From: Vitrella brassicaformis CCMP3155
Lineage: Eukaryota; Protista; Chromerida
Assembly (NCBI GenBank): GCA_001179505.1
Contig: CDMY01000267.1
Location: 62,001-126,000 of the forward strand
Direction: 5' to 3'
Length of the DNA: 64,000 nt
In this document: in pieces, positions 37,701 through 49,061 of the stretch
How positions within the stretch are numbered: the stretch's first letter is position 1
How the letters are laid out: each line of letters opens with the position of its first letter
Made by a program: the position numbers and the translations under genes
The notes under the pieces: model-generated
The model's database searches: none
What the model saw: the letters and a program-made list of their open reading frames with translations, nothing else
What the model was told of the DNA's origin: nothing

Positions 37701-39182
37701 ATGGATGGATGGAAGTGTGTGTGGATTCCATGCAGGAGTGGGATTCCATCCTCAAGACCCATTCTGCCGGTGTCGGTCCCACCGACCCGTGGAGGTCCAT
37801 CATACTCGCCGGGGGCCTCGCATTCGTCGACAAGTCAGCCGACCCTTGACACCCCCGCAATCCGCCCATCGCTAAGTCAATGTATGTGGCTGTCTGTCTG
37901 TCTTTCTATCAGGGCTGCCGCGTATGCCGCCCTGAAGGCTCCGTTACAGGCCCTCGATGACGGGCTCTCGCGAGCATGGGCACTCTTCTGGACTGCCGCT
38001 GTGGGCAAGGGTACACTTGCCTTGCCACTGGATTGATGAACACTCACTGCCACATTTTGTGTGTGTCGCCATCAGACCGCCTTGCCCCCCCTACTGCCGA
38101 CACCGCGACCACAGCTGCAGCGGAGAAGCCGTCCAAAGCTCCTCCCAAGGGCCCGCAGTGCTCCCCAGATCCGGCGATCACGGCTGAGGTGTGTTCGTCC
38201 CTCCCTCTCGAGAAGGGCGAGTCGGTGCGGTTCGACGCCTCCTGCAAGGGGGGCATGCTGGGCTGCTACGCACAGGGCAAAGCCTGCTGCAGATACTGCG
38301 ACACGGGCGACTACGAGTCCATCCCATGTGATGACGCCGCATCGGCATCGGCCATGCAGGTGTCCCAGCCCCCCGCCCCGTCAACACCCCCGTCAACACC
38401 CGCACCCCTTCCACCATCCTCCTACGCGCCCGTCGAGACGCCCGGTGTGTGTGAGGAGAACCTCACCGTCACACCTGAGGTGTGCGAGGCTCTCAGCGGC
38501 GCCCTCAGGGAGGACGAAAGAGTCACACACAAGGTGCGCTACGACGCCTCTTGCAGAGGGGGTGTGTTGGGGTGCTATGCGTCCGGGCAAGCCTGCTGCC
38601 GATACTGCGAGGGGGACGGGGCCTTCGCGTCCGTCGAGTGCGGCGAGTCTCAGGGCGCGAGATTGCCGCCGCCTCGGTGCAAGGCCGATCCCGCAGTGAC
38701 GCCCTACACCTGTGACGACCTGGCGCTTGGCGGGGAGGGTGACAGGGAAAGGGTGGTGTTCGATCCTGGGTGCGATGTCAACAAGAGGGGCTGCTTTGCA
38801 AAGGGACAGGCTTGCTGCCGCTTCTGCGAGTCTGGGACGTTCCAAGACATTCCCTGTGTGGCCAACATGACGACTGGTCTGTCACGTGCAGCTTGAAACA
38901 TGGGAGCTGGCCGATTGTGTGTCGTGTGTGTGTTGCTGTGTCCATGCAGCGTCCCCCCCTACGGCTGCCTCTGGGCTGGTGCTGGAGACTGCACGCCTCG
39001 AGCAATCACAGCAGTCGGCAGCAGCCGTCCCCCAGCTGATCAGCAATGTACCACGCCGGCGGCCACCCCAGCGATCTCGGCAGTCAGCACCGGCACGGCA
39101 AACGACGGGAGAGGAGCTGCATTTAGGGTCGTCAGTCTCACTGCGATGGAGGAGGCGGAAGGAAGGGCAGCATTCAGCATGA
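34702..39182 (+). CDS. Secreted GH81 endo-1,3-beta-glucanase-like protein: signal peptide, PAN/apple domain, GH81 core, three C-terminal Cys-rich repeats
   Basis: Signal MGFFLFVATAVALLCG; PAN-like CHSLCHRHCHAHRMCRGFTF..TCELHS; PISTNKFWTHL, LPITQGMAYVSARY, DFGNAAYNDHHYQFGYF, WFPLFRALDWYHGHSWSRG, NKVVGLLFENRADYTTWFG..FIHGIHMLPLTP. The last exon (38950-39182) is inferred from a phase-matched splice; otherwise the CDS stops at 38896. Confidence 0.92.
38159..38857 (+). repeat. Three tandem ~57-64 aa 8-cysteine protein repeats (38159-38329, 38450-38641, 38678-38857)
   Basis: Repeat cores: VRFDASCKGGMLGCYAQGKACCRYC / VRYDASCRGGVLGCYASGQACCRYC / VVFDPGCDVNKRGCFAKGQACCRFC. Each unit is flanked by additional conserved Cys. 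Confidence 0.92.
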
Positions 39183-39469
39183 CGGACGTGTGGTGTGGGT
39201 GTGGTGTGCGGTGGTGCATCCATCGTGTACACTAGCTAGTAGTACGTGTGAGTGAGATGGTACACTTACATCTGCCTGGTGCGTGTGTGTGTGCATGCGT
39301 GTGTGCGTGGTTAGAGGAGTGCGTCACTCACTGACGAGGGCATGAAGGCAGGGAGGGGTGGATGCGTTGATGCACATCACTTGGATGGACAAGACAGACA
39401 GACAGACAGACGGCTGCATGGTAATGCCTGGTTCGGGTACCCAATTCACTGCCTGCTGTGAGCTGCGGG

Positions 39470-42400
39470 AGATACCTTTGTGACCGACAGGGGAGACATG
39501 TGGGTGTCTGTCTTATGGTGTGGTGTGGTGTGATTGCATCTGACTGAATGATCCTATCTATTTGTGAGACCGACCAGCTGTGTGTTGGTGTTTATGGCGT
39601 CGGTGGTGTGTGCGTCAGGGAATACATGTCAAGAGATTTGGTGCGTTGTTCGTTCTACCCTCCGGGGACGCAATGCGCCGACACACATGGGCGGCTTCAC
39701 AACACACATACACACCACACGAATGCAGCAAGGAGGCCGGTCCATCCAATGCTGCACGTACACGTGTCTGTCTGTCTGTCAGTCTGCATGGGGCGACAAA
39801 CGATTCGACGGTCTCACTCGCTCGCCATCCCCTGGAGAAATCGATAGACACGCTCATCGCATCACAACAAACCACATCACACGCACAGTCCGTCCCCCCC
39901 TCCCTCCCTCCCTCTCTGACTCTCTCACACCCATCCGACTCGTCTCTCGATCCGCTGGAAAAGGTCCAGCCGCTCGCCCGTCCGGCTGTCCGTCCACAGT
40001 TTCACGGGGTGCGGTGCGATGCCGCGGGCCGGGTTGCCCACCAAACGCTCGTTGCCCTTGGTCTGCAGGCACACATAGACACACACATACGAGAGAGAGA
40101 GGGAGACTTGTACTTATGGAAAAGGCCCGGTGGCTCCCTCTTGCCTGACCTACCTTGATGATCAAGGCCGCGTAGGAGATATGCTGTCGGATGTCGGCAG
40201 CGATGTCAAACATCTTGGCCTTTTCGTACCCGTTGAGGCTGGGGATGTCATAGCTGTCCTGCAGGTGCGGCTCAGCGGCTTCGCCCATGCCTTTGGCCAG
40301 CACGACTGCCGGGACGCCGTGGGCCGCCTCGAGGTGCTTGAAGAGAGGCGAGTGGAAGGCGGCGTCCTTGCCCTTGAGCCAGCGGACCGACCGCAGGGCG
40401 TCGTTGACTACCTTCTCCAACTCACGGCGCACCTGCCTCCGACGCACCCGCTCCGCCTCGGCCTCGGCCTCCTTCGTGTCCTTCTTGTCCTCACGGGTCC
40501 TCGCAGCCTCCTCTTTGCTCCTGGCTGCACGAGTCGCCTGACAACCACCCAGCCAGCCAGCCACAAAGGTAAGCACCATATGAGAATACACACAAGTCTC
40601 CTCCTCACTGACTGACGCACCTGTTCGATTCTTTTGGCCGCTGTCTCCATGGCCGCCTCTGCCGGCGACAGGCGCTTCCTCTTCCCCCCTGCAGCCGGCT
40701 GTTGGCCACCGGCATCACCCTGCGCTGGCAAGATGCTGCCCAGGCCGCCCTCCCCAATCAACACTCGCAGACGATCTAGTGGAATGGCCGGATGCAACGC
40801 CGCCATGGACAATGGCCTCAGGTGGGCCTCCCCCCCGTCCACACTGACCGCCTCGTTGACGTGCACCTTGCCCCCATGGCGGCACAGCCATTTGATGGTC
40901 GCAGTGCCGCTCGCATGATGGCCGCGGTGGGACGCTGCTGCGACGTGCAGGGGCCGCCAGCCCTGCTAGTCCTGGGTGTGGATGAGGGCAGCTCCTCCCT
41001 TGGCGTGCAGCAGATCGAGCAGCTGCTCCTGCCGCTTGGGGTCCCTCAGGGGCAGCTCACAGAAACGGTGGAGGGCCGTTTGGAGGTTGGAGTCGGTCTC
41101 GGTGGCCAGGGAGGGGTCGGCGGACAGCAGTGACTCAGCAATGCGCACCTTGTTTTCGTCGGAGACGGTCTTGGCCTCAGCGAGGGCGTGAAGCAGGCCT
41201 TGGCCGGCCAGCTGCGGTCGGCCCTTCAGCAGAGCATCGACAGCTTCACACATGCCCCTCTCCACAGCTGTCTTGCGGGCCATCCCTCCACCCATCCCCT
41301 CCCCGACGTCCATGTCCACGTCTCCGTGCGCACCACGGCTGGCGGCGCGGGCGACGGACTTTGTTCTTCTTTCTCTTGTGGAGGGGCTCCTCGTCCTCGT
41401 CTTGGTCGATGAGGGCTGCCGCATGGATGTCAGTGTCGTCCACCTCGGCCTTGGCAGTCCGACGCTGCTGGGCGGCTGCATGGCGGGGGGGCTTGTTGGC
41501 CTTCGTTGACAGCATGTCGTTCTCTTCCTCAGCCATCATCTCGACATCCTCGCCCTCCCCATCGGCCATCTGGACATCCCCCGTCTCCCGACTCCCCTTG
41601 CCCCTCGCCCGGCCCGTCCTCGCAGCGGGCTGCCGTGCGGCTGCCCTTGCGGGTTTGTTGTGGTTGGCGTCCGTCTTCCCATCCCTTTGGTCTTTCTTGG
41701 GGGCTGACGTCTTCTTTTTGTGTCCCTTCGGAGCGGCCTTGTTGAGGCGCTCGTCGTCTTCGGCATTGCTGAAGGGGTGGAGGTCGTAGAGGCGGATGGC
41801 CCCGGTGGATGCGGCCGCTGCAGCAAGTCGAGCTGCCTCCTGGGCCTCTCTCTCCAGCTCCTTGGCGGCGACCTGCACCGATAATCCACACACAGAGAAG
41901 AAAAACAAAGTGACAATGAGGTCATGCAGACAGCCTCGATATGGCTACAGGCAGGCATGAAATGGGCCCGTGGATGTGCGTGGATGTGCTCTTCATGTGG
42001 TGACAAAGGATGAGACGGCGCCCCCACCACCCGTCCGTGCGGTCGTTTCCCCTTGTCCTCACCTGCGCGCGGGTCAGCATCCTGTCAGCGACGGGTGAAC
42101 TCCTGCCCCTCCAATAAGCGACTTGTTGGGCTGCAGAACTTGCTGCAGAGGCCCTCGAGAATGCACACTGCACTGCACGGCAGCGGACAAGAGAGTGACC
42201 GCGTGAAGGAACGGCTCCTTGTTGACCAAAGGAGAACTGATTTTCTGAAGGCTTTGAACAGAGGAATGGACACTGGAAATGGGGGCTGAGAGACTTCGGC
42301 CAATTTAGTCTTGATGCTCGCATCCCGTTTCACGGGGGTCACGATCGCAATCTCTCGTGTGTCTGTGCATTTGTAAGGTAGGTACGGTGAGAGCGATACA

Positions 42401-44182
42401 AGGGAGCGATACCTCATCACATTCACCCATCCATCCATCCATTCATTCATCCATCCATCCAGTGGTGCATATGCAGATCAGATGTCGCGTGTTGACTGGG
42501 GGTCGGTGGTGCACCACGTGGCCACCATCGAGCCCAAGAAGTACCGGAAAAACCCTCCCTCAGACATCCCCACAGCCCTGGCGGCAGGGTACGACCTCGT
42601 CGCGCGCGAGCGCTCATGCGACTCGCACAAGGAGGCCAACGCAAAGGCCAAGCAGCCGCGAGTGAGCGAGGAGGGCGTCGACATGGCAAACGAATCGGTG
42701 AGCGAACATTATCCAACAAACAACAGCCGCCCATCTGCCGTTTGTGGTTGTTGTGCCAGGATAAGGTTGCTGGCGTTGGTTTGGCTGACCTCGAGGCTGA
42801 GACCGTCTATGAAGTCGGCGACTTCCTCACCACCCTCCAGCGCAAGCCGCTGTCGCTCGTGTGCCGGCAGCTGCACAAGATGACCACCGACGCCACATAC
42901 GGCGTCCTCTACCGTGACCTCACCATCTCCGTGCTCGAACACGACTACTGGAAGAAGATCAACCTCACCGACACTCTCAAAACACGACTGGTGAGTGAGT
43001 GAGTGAGTGAGTGAGTGGGCGGCTGGGTGGGGATGGTGGACGAATGCATGATGGATGTGTATCTCGTGTGTGTGTGTGTGTGTGTGTGTATGAGTCAGAG
43101 TAAGATCAAGACGGCGTTCATCGAGACTTACGGCCACAATGATGTGCTGCCGTCTGCTGTGGATCACATCGAGGCGTCCAAGGCCACGCTCATCCACATC
43201 GGTGTCGACGACCCGGCGCGTCGGTGCCACAACCGATTCGGCAATAGAGAGGGGGCGGGGGAGGGAGAGGGGGAGGAAGGTAGGGAGCCGGTGGTGTTTG
43301 AGAAGACCCAGCAGCTACACATCACCCACACACGCTACCTAGACCTAGTCAAGTAAGGACAAGAGGGGCGGGGTTGGCTGCAGAGATGCAAACGTGTGTT
43401 GTGCGGTGTGTGGCGGGTGTCGTGTGTTGTGTGTCATCTGAAGGGATCGCAAGTGGGTGTTTCCGAGTTTGGAGGTGCTGAGTGTGGGCAAGGTGTGCGT
43501 TGGGACTTATCCCTACAGCAGCCACCTGCCGGCCGTCACCCACATCGTGTCAGCTTCGCGCGAGGTCACATCCATCAAGGCCGATGTCATCCATGCCACA
43601 GAGGGAGACGAGTGGCAGGCATTCACCAGGTAGACACAATTGAACGACAAAACAATCTCATCACACACACAAATGTTTTCTTCCCTCTTTGTGTGTGCGT
43701 GCGTGTGGATGTCAGTTCGTTGAGTGGTTGCCCCAAGCTCACGAGCATCAGCGGCCTCCATCTCGTTCTGAAAGGCTACAGAGAACCTAAGTGAGCTGGG
43801 CGACAAGATAAATGGCTGGCATAGACACACCATGTATGCGTCTGTGGTGCTCCGGGTCAGCCGCGTTGAGAACATCTACGATCCACTGGGCCGCCTCACC
43901 AGGGCACTCGACACCAATTGGCGCACCGAACACATGAAAGGTGGGTAGGTGGGGGTGGGCAGATTAACACCACACAGGGCGGTACTCCTTGCTGACTGTG
44001 TCATCTCTCCTCTGTCATCTGTGGTGTGCAGACGTGCCCAAGACCATTACCATTCACCATCGCTTCTCGTCCGGCCCCGACTTCAGTCGCCAGCTGACCG
44101 ACCGCAGCGGCCCCAACCACTTCGCCCTCGCCGACCTCCTCACCTGGGCCGAGGAGACCAAATGCCAAATCGTGTGGAGGCC
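39470..44182. repeat. Right arm of the inverted segmental duplication (partner 1-4530); may extend to ~45426 if the left arm continues beyond the window
   Basis: Collinear reverse-complement similarity to 1-4530, covering introns and the divergent spacer. Confidence 0.93.
39925..42080 (-). pseudogene. Disrupted ankyrin-repeat gene, copy B2 (paralogue of 1935-4060)
   Basis: Frameshift at ~41359-41380: 22 nt where B1 has 30 nt, between CTC and TCCGTCGCC. In-frame TAG at 40966-40968 (IHTQD*QGWRPL versus B1 IHTQDAQGWRPL). Splice sites are otherwise retained. Confidence 0.8.
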
Positions 44183-45426
44183 ACGGTGACTGAGACATGC
44201 AGCAACAAATGCATCGCAGACAGAGACGGGCACAGGCTGTTGTGTGTGTGCTGTGCAGAGAGGATGACCATTTCAAGCGTTGCAGCTGGGACACAGACAG
44301 CCCCCCGCGTTATGACGACATCGTCATCGACTGCGGCAAGGAGGGAGCCGACACACCTCCGGCCCCGCACAGACGTGTAGCCCAGCTCATCACCGACCTG
44401 ACGACCGAATGCGACGCGGTGAGAGAGGGAGGGAGGGAGGCGGGGAGAGGGGGAGAGGGGGAGAGAGACGCCTGTTCATGTCTGCCCTTCTCCTGCCTCC
44501 CTCTGTTTCCCTAGGTCAAGTTTGTGTACGGCGGTGCTCCCCTGCACGACACGTGGGGGCAGCTGCTGACACTTCCCGCGGCCACCAAGCTCTCCATCTG
44601 CCCCCAACGCTACGCCACCCCCGTCCGCCAGCTCACCACGAGCATCCCCGAGTGGCTGGTGGCCCAGGACCACAACGGCAACAACACACACCTCCCGGCC
44701 ATCAAGCACCTCTACATCGACGCATCGAGCAGCGGGTCTGGAACCAACCGTGCCCAAAACAACGCCCTGCCGACCGGTGCTGAGGCTGGGAGGCTGGAGG
44801 AGCTGCTGGGCAGCCTGGCGGGGGTGCGTGAGGTGTGGCTCGGGGCACTGAGCCTTCGCACCGTGTCGCAGTGTGTGTCGTATCTGCATGCCCGTGAGTT
44901 AGATGAGTTGCACATCTGCCGGTGGGATGCGTCAGATGCGCTGCCCGACTCATCGCACACGCCGGTGCCTAAGCTAGCCTACCCTGCCGTCAAATCGTTG
45001 CGCGTGTGGAATGAGTCTGAGATGAGCAAGGGGTGTGTTCGGTCTGTGCTGTCTCTCGTCATGTCCATCAAGCCAGCCAAAGCCAGCATCGACCTGAAGC
45101 CCACAACAGAGTCGATCGCACCAGGCAAGGCGCGACGCACCTACTCTGGCAGCTTCAACCCGAGCCACTCGAAGGAGCTGACGGCTTTGCTGCGGGAGGC
45201 AGAGAGGACGGTGGGGTCGGTGTACAGTGTAGTGTCGTCATCGTGTGAGGTGGATATGGTGGATGACTGGTACATGAACACGATGCATATGGAGCTAGTG
45301 TTGAAGGAGGGGGGCGAGGGAGACAAGAGGGGCAAGAAGGGCAAGGGGGGAAAAGGGGAACAAGAAAGGCAACAAGGCCAAGTGAGGGAAGCGAGGGGGA
45401 GGGAGATGGATGCAGACGGAGGATAG
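42482..45426 (+). CDS. Lineage-specific F-box-like/LRR-like protein, copy A2 (apparently intact, 9 coding exons)
   Basis: Exons are orthologous to A1 and continue EDDHFKRCSW..|VKFVYGGAPLHDTWGQLLTLPAATKLSI..LEELLGSLAGVREV..MELVLK to TAG at 45424-45426. It carries a 138-nt in-frame insert relative to A1. Confidence 0.8.
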
Positions 45427-46620
45427 CATGTATGGCTTGCCGGCAGCCGATGGGCCGGCCATCTCACTCACTGCTACATCCATGGAATGGACACATTAAT
45501 CGCATGTTCCCGTGTTTCGTGTCTCCTTGTGTGTGTGCATACCCCCACCCCTCTTCTAATTCGCCATTGCGCGTGCGTGAGGATGGCCTACCACAGCCAT
45601 TCAGCACGCCGCCATTCTACTCTTGACGTGTGTGTGTATGTGTGCGGTGGGTTGGGTTCATCGGCTGTGGTCTCATTTTTTGGTCAGGGGATGGGCCGAC
45701 TCACTGACTGACTCACTCCCTCACTCGCGTGTGTGGCCCGAACGGCCGCAATCGCGTGTGTGCATGTCTCCATGGCTGCCTCCATCTCTCTCTGTCTGCA
45801 CCTCCCCATCCCATCCCCCCTGCCAATTCGCTGTCGTGCGTGTGGGTGTGACCGACCGACACCCATCCGAAGGAGGGGGTCATATGTGTGTGTGTGGCCG
45901 CTGGGATGGCTTACCACGGCCATCCAGCAACCACACACGTCTCTTTGTATGTGTGTTGTGGATGGGTGTGGGCATCGGACTGACTGCAATGGATGCGGAG
46001 GCAATGGGCCAGCTGGAGCTGTTGATTGATAATGCATGTGTGGAACCATTGTGTTTGTCCATTTGCGGACCATGACAACCATCATGGTCCGCACGCACGA
46101 CACACACACACACACACACGAGTTCCCTCCGCTACACATTGCTTTATCCACAGCCAGCCCGTCGCAAGCATGTGTCTCCCCCTCCCTCCAGGCATCAGTA
46201 AGTCGACCGAGGTGAGGCGCTGCAGCAGCCCTCACTCGGTTGGCCAATGGATGGCGGGGGCAAGGGATGCACACAAACAAATCGGGAGCTTTCAACCTGT
46301 ACAAGCGCAGTGCGCATCCCCATCCCCCATTCCCTCTCCCTCCCCCTCTCTCTTGAGCTCGTCTCAATGCATCAAGGCTACCCGCGGTCGTGTGTGTGTG
46401 TGTGTTCATTATCTGTCAGTCATTGAAGAGGATGAATGCACACACAACGACCCGTACCATCCGATGGATACATCAAAGCAGCCAGGCAACGCACAGCACA
46501 CTCATGGATCATTATGAATCACACAGTAGCGCCACCCAGACGCAGATCACATCGGTCACATGAGATCTACAGCCGAGGTTGATAATCGATGGGCCTCTCA
46601 CCGATGTGTGTGAGAGGCCG

Positions 46621-48500
46621 TCATCCGGACGCTGAGCTACCAACAGCAGCTGCTGCACCCGCGCCCTCCGCCGTCCGCTGGCGCTTCCGCTGAGCACACA
46701 CAGCACACACACACACACACACCAGCAGCGCAGCCAATGAATGCAGCCAATGTGCATATGTTGTGTCAGGTCTTATTGTGTACCTGTTGGACGAAGAGGG
46801 CGAAGTCTGAGTCGATCCCCTCGCGGGCCTCGTCGTCATCGCTGTCGAGGTCCTCATCCTCGTCGTCGTCACGGTTGTGCTTGATGCGCCGGTGCTCCTC
46901 GTACAACTCACGAAGCACCTGACCGACCACCACCACCACCACCACAGCAGCAGCAGCAGCAGCAGTTGGGCTGTCAGTGTCGTGCAGTGTTGTGTTGTGT
47001 TGTGTCGTGTTGTGTTCATCTCTCTCTCTCTCTCTCTCTCTCACGTTAGGTTTGGTGGTAAGTGCTTCGACGGCAGGGTCGTCCTCATCTGTGAGATCCA
47101 GGGGCGCCGCACTGGCCATCGCCGCGGGCACGGCAGCCTTGACCTCACGCTTGCGCACCACCTTCACACGCAGCCCTGCATGTGGAGGCACGCACTCACC
47201 CTGTGTGTGTGTGTTATATGGTACGTACCGTCCTCGGTGCGGCCAGCAGCATCTATCTTGAGTGCACCCATCACGCCCTTGCGATTCTGCTCGTACGACA
47301 AGTGGTCCACCAAATAGATCTTGCGCGTCCCTAGGGGGACACACACACACACGCATATGTACGTGTGTGCCACGAATCGCCGCCATACGCAGAATCAACA
47401 AGATTGCCGTTGCCTACCTATCTTTTTGATATTGAACCAGACGTCCACAGTGCCGTGTCTGTCCTTGAACTTGGGCAGCACCTTCAGCCCTGCGTCGGCG
47501 CCTGTCTCGGTGACGGCCGAGTGGGTCTTCTTGGCACTCTCGGGCACCTTCTCGGACGCCTGCACGCGAGAGAGGGAGGGCGTGTGTGGTCGTGTGTGCA
47601 TATGGGCATGCATGTTGGCTGCAGGCAGGGTAGAGGTCACTCAAGTACCTTGTCGAACAGCTGGACGGTCTCCGGCAGGGGAGCCTTGCACTGCTCGCCA
47701 TAGAACTCTGTGTTGGTCTTGTTCTCGATGCGCACCTTCCAGAACGGCACCGTGATCACCCCCTGCGCTTCCAGCCAGCTGACATACGCAGACCCACACA
47801 CACATACACGAGCAGCATGTAAGCAGATGGATGTCGGGCTGGGGTGTTCTCGCATGCAACGCGTACGCAGGATTGAACTGGCTCGCAGCAGCGTCTATCG
47901 TGTCCGGCTTGCAAAATGTCTGGCGCAACAAACACACGCAGAGCACACGCAGCGAAGACACAACCACGTGCACACCAGCCAGCACCCGCACACCCTCCCT
48001 CACCCATCCACCCACCATTTGTTTGTGCTGCACACAGTAGCTATCCACCGATGCGTCCACCGACACCGGCGCGGTGGAGACCGTCTTGGAAGTGCCCGCA
48101 GGCAACGCCAGCCACTGGATCTGCAAGCCATCAAGCAGAGCTGGGGAGATGAGGAGATGGAGTCGGCTCCCCTATCACCTACCTTTTGGCCATCTATCCA
48201 CAGCTCCGCGCTCACCGGATACGCACGGTTGTTGCGCACAGTCACCTACAGGCAGGCCACACACTCATACATAAGGCACACCATCCCCACCACCACACAA
48301 CCACACAACCACCACCACCGCGGCACCTGATAGGCTTGTCCAGGCTCCGCCACCACGTAGTCGACATCATGCGCCGGCTGGAGGTAGGGCAGTCGGCGGA
48401 GCGGCCTCCCAGGCTCCGCAACCGCAATCTCCTGGAACCAAGGCAACAGGACAAACGAATGCTCGTCGTCCATCGTGTAGAGCGACCATCTTGCGGCCAT
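46621..48500 (-). CDS. Hypothetical protein with an acidic/basic low-complexity C-terminus (multi-exon)
   Basis: Spliced exons: MAARWSLYTMDDEHSFVLL..YVVAEPGQAYQ|VTVRNNRAYPVSAELWIDGQK|..VITVPFWKV..|..DDDEDEDLDSDDD..|RKRQRTAEG (NLS-like). I cannot confidently assign a family. Confidence 0.65.
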
Positions 48501-49061
48501 GCGTATCTACCACAAAGAGATTCTTGCAGCCATACGCGCGGTTTGGTGTACGCGTGATTGTGCCCTCCGCTGCTGGCGCCAGACATACTTCTCAGCTGCG
48601 TATTATTCACCTGCCGGCGCCGCCGGCCGAAGGTGCTGTGCTCGAAGCGGCGCTTCCCACCGTCAGCCAGCCGATGGCTATACAGTACCCATATGCCGAT
48701 GGATCTGTCAATGCCGATGGATCTCTATCAGCTCTCTATCAACCTCACGCATGATGCACAGACAGGAGTCTCATCGCGCTGCCTGCATGAGTTGCGATCG
48801 TTACGAATTTGCGAGCAAATCATAGACAGAGCGGTTTCACGCAATGTCCTAGGCGTTGTCACCCTTCCCGAGTCTCCACAGCCGTCCATTTAGCGCAGAA
48901 GAGCGAGGAACTTCACCCGGAGAGAACTCAGGGCACCAAAGACCCGTCCCATCGTCACGCCCCCACCCGCGCTCTTCAAAGATCCCGGGCGGGCACTATC
49001 TCCTGCGATTCATCCCTCTCCCATCTGACTGACTGTCTGTCTGACTGACTGACTGATTGTC

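Noticed and set aside
38159-38857. Tandem repeats as a CRISPR-like or non-coding array
   Set aside because: The repeats are in-frame protein domains that diverge at synonymous positions, in a eukaryotic gene with no cas genes nearby.
1-44182. Inverted arms as the terminal repeats of a giant DNA transposon carrying 35 kb
   Set aside because: The arms consist of ordinary intron-containing genes, are substantially diverged, and no transposase, integrase or target-site duplication is visible.
45427-46620. ORFs such as 45684-46409 and 46026-46517 between A2 and the hypothetical gene
   Set aside because: They are dominated by translated microsatellites (HTHT, VCVC) with no coherent exon chain, so this is probably convergent 3' UTR or intergenic sequence.
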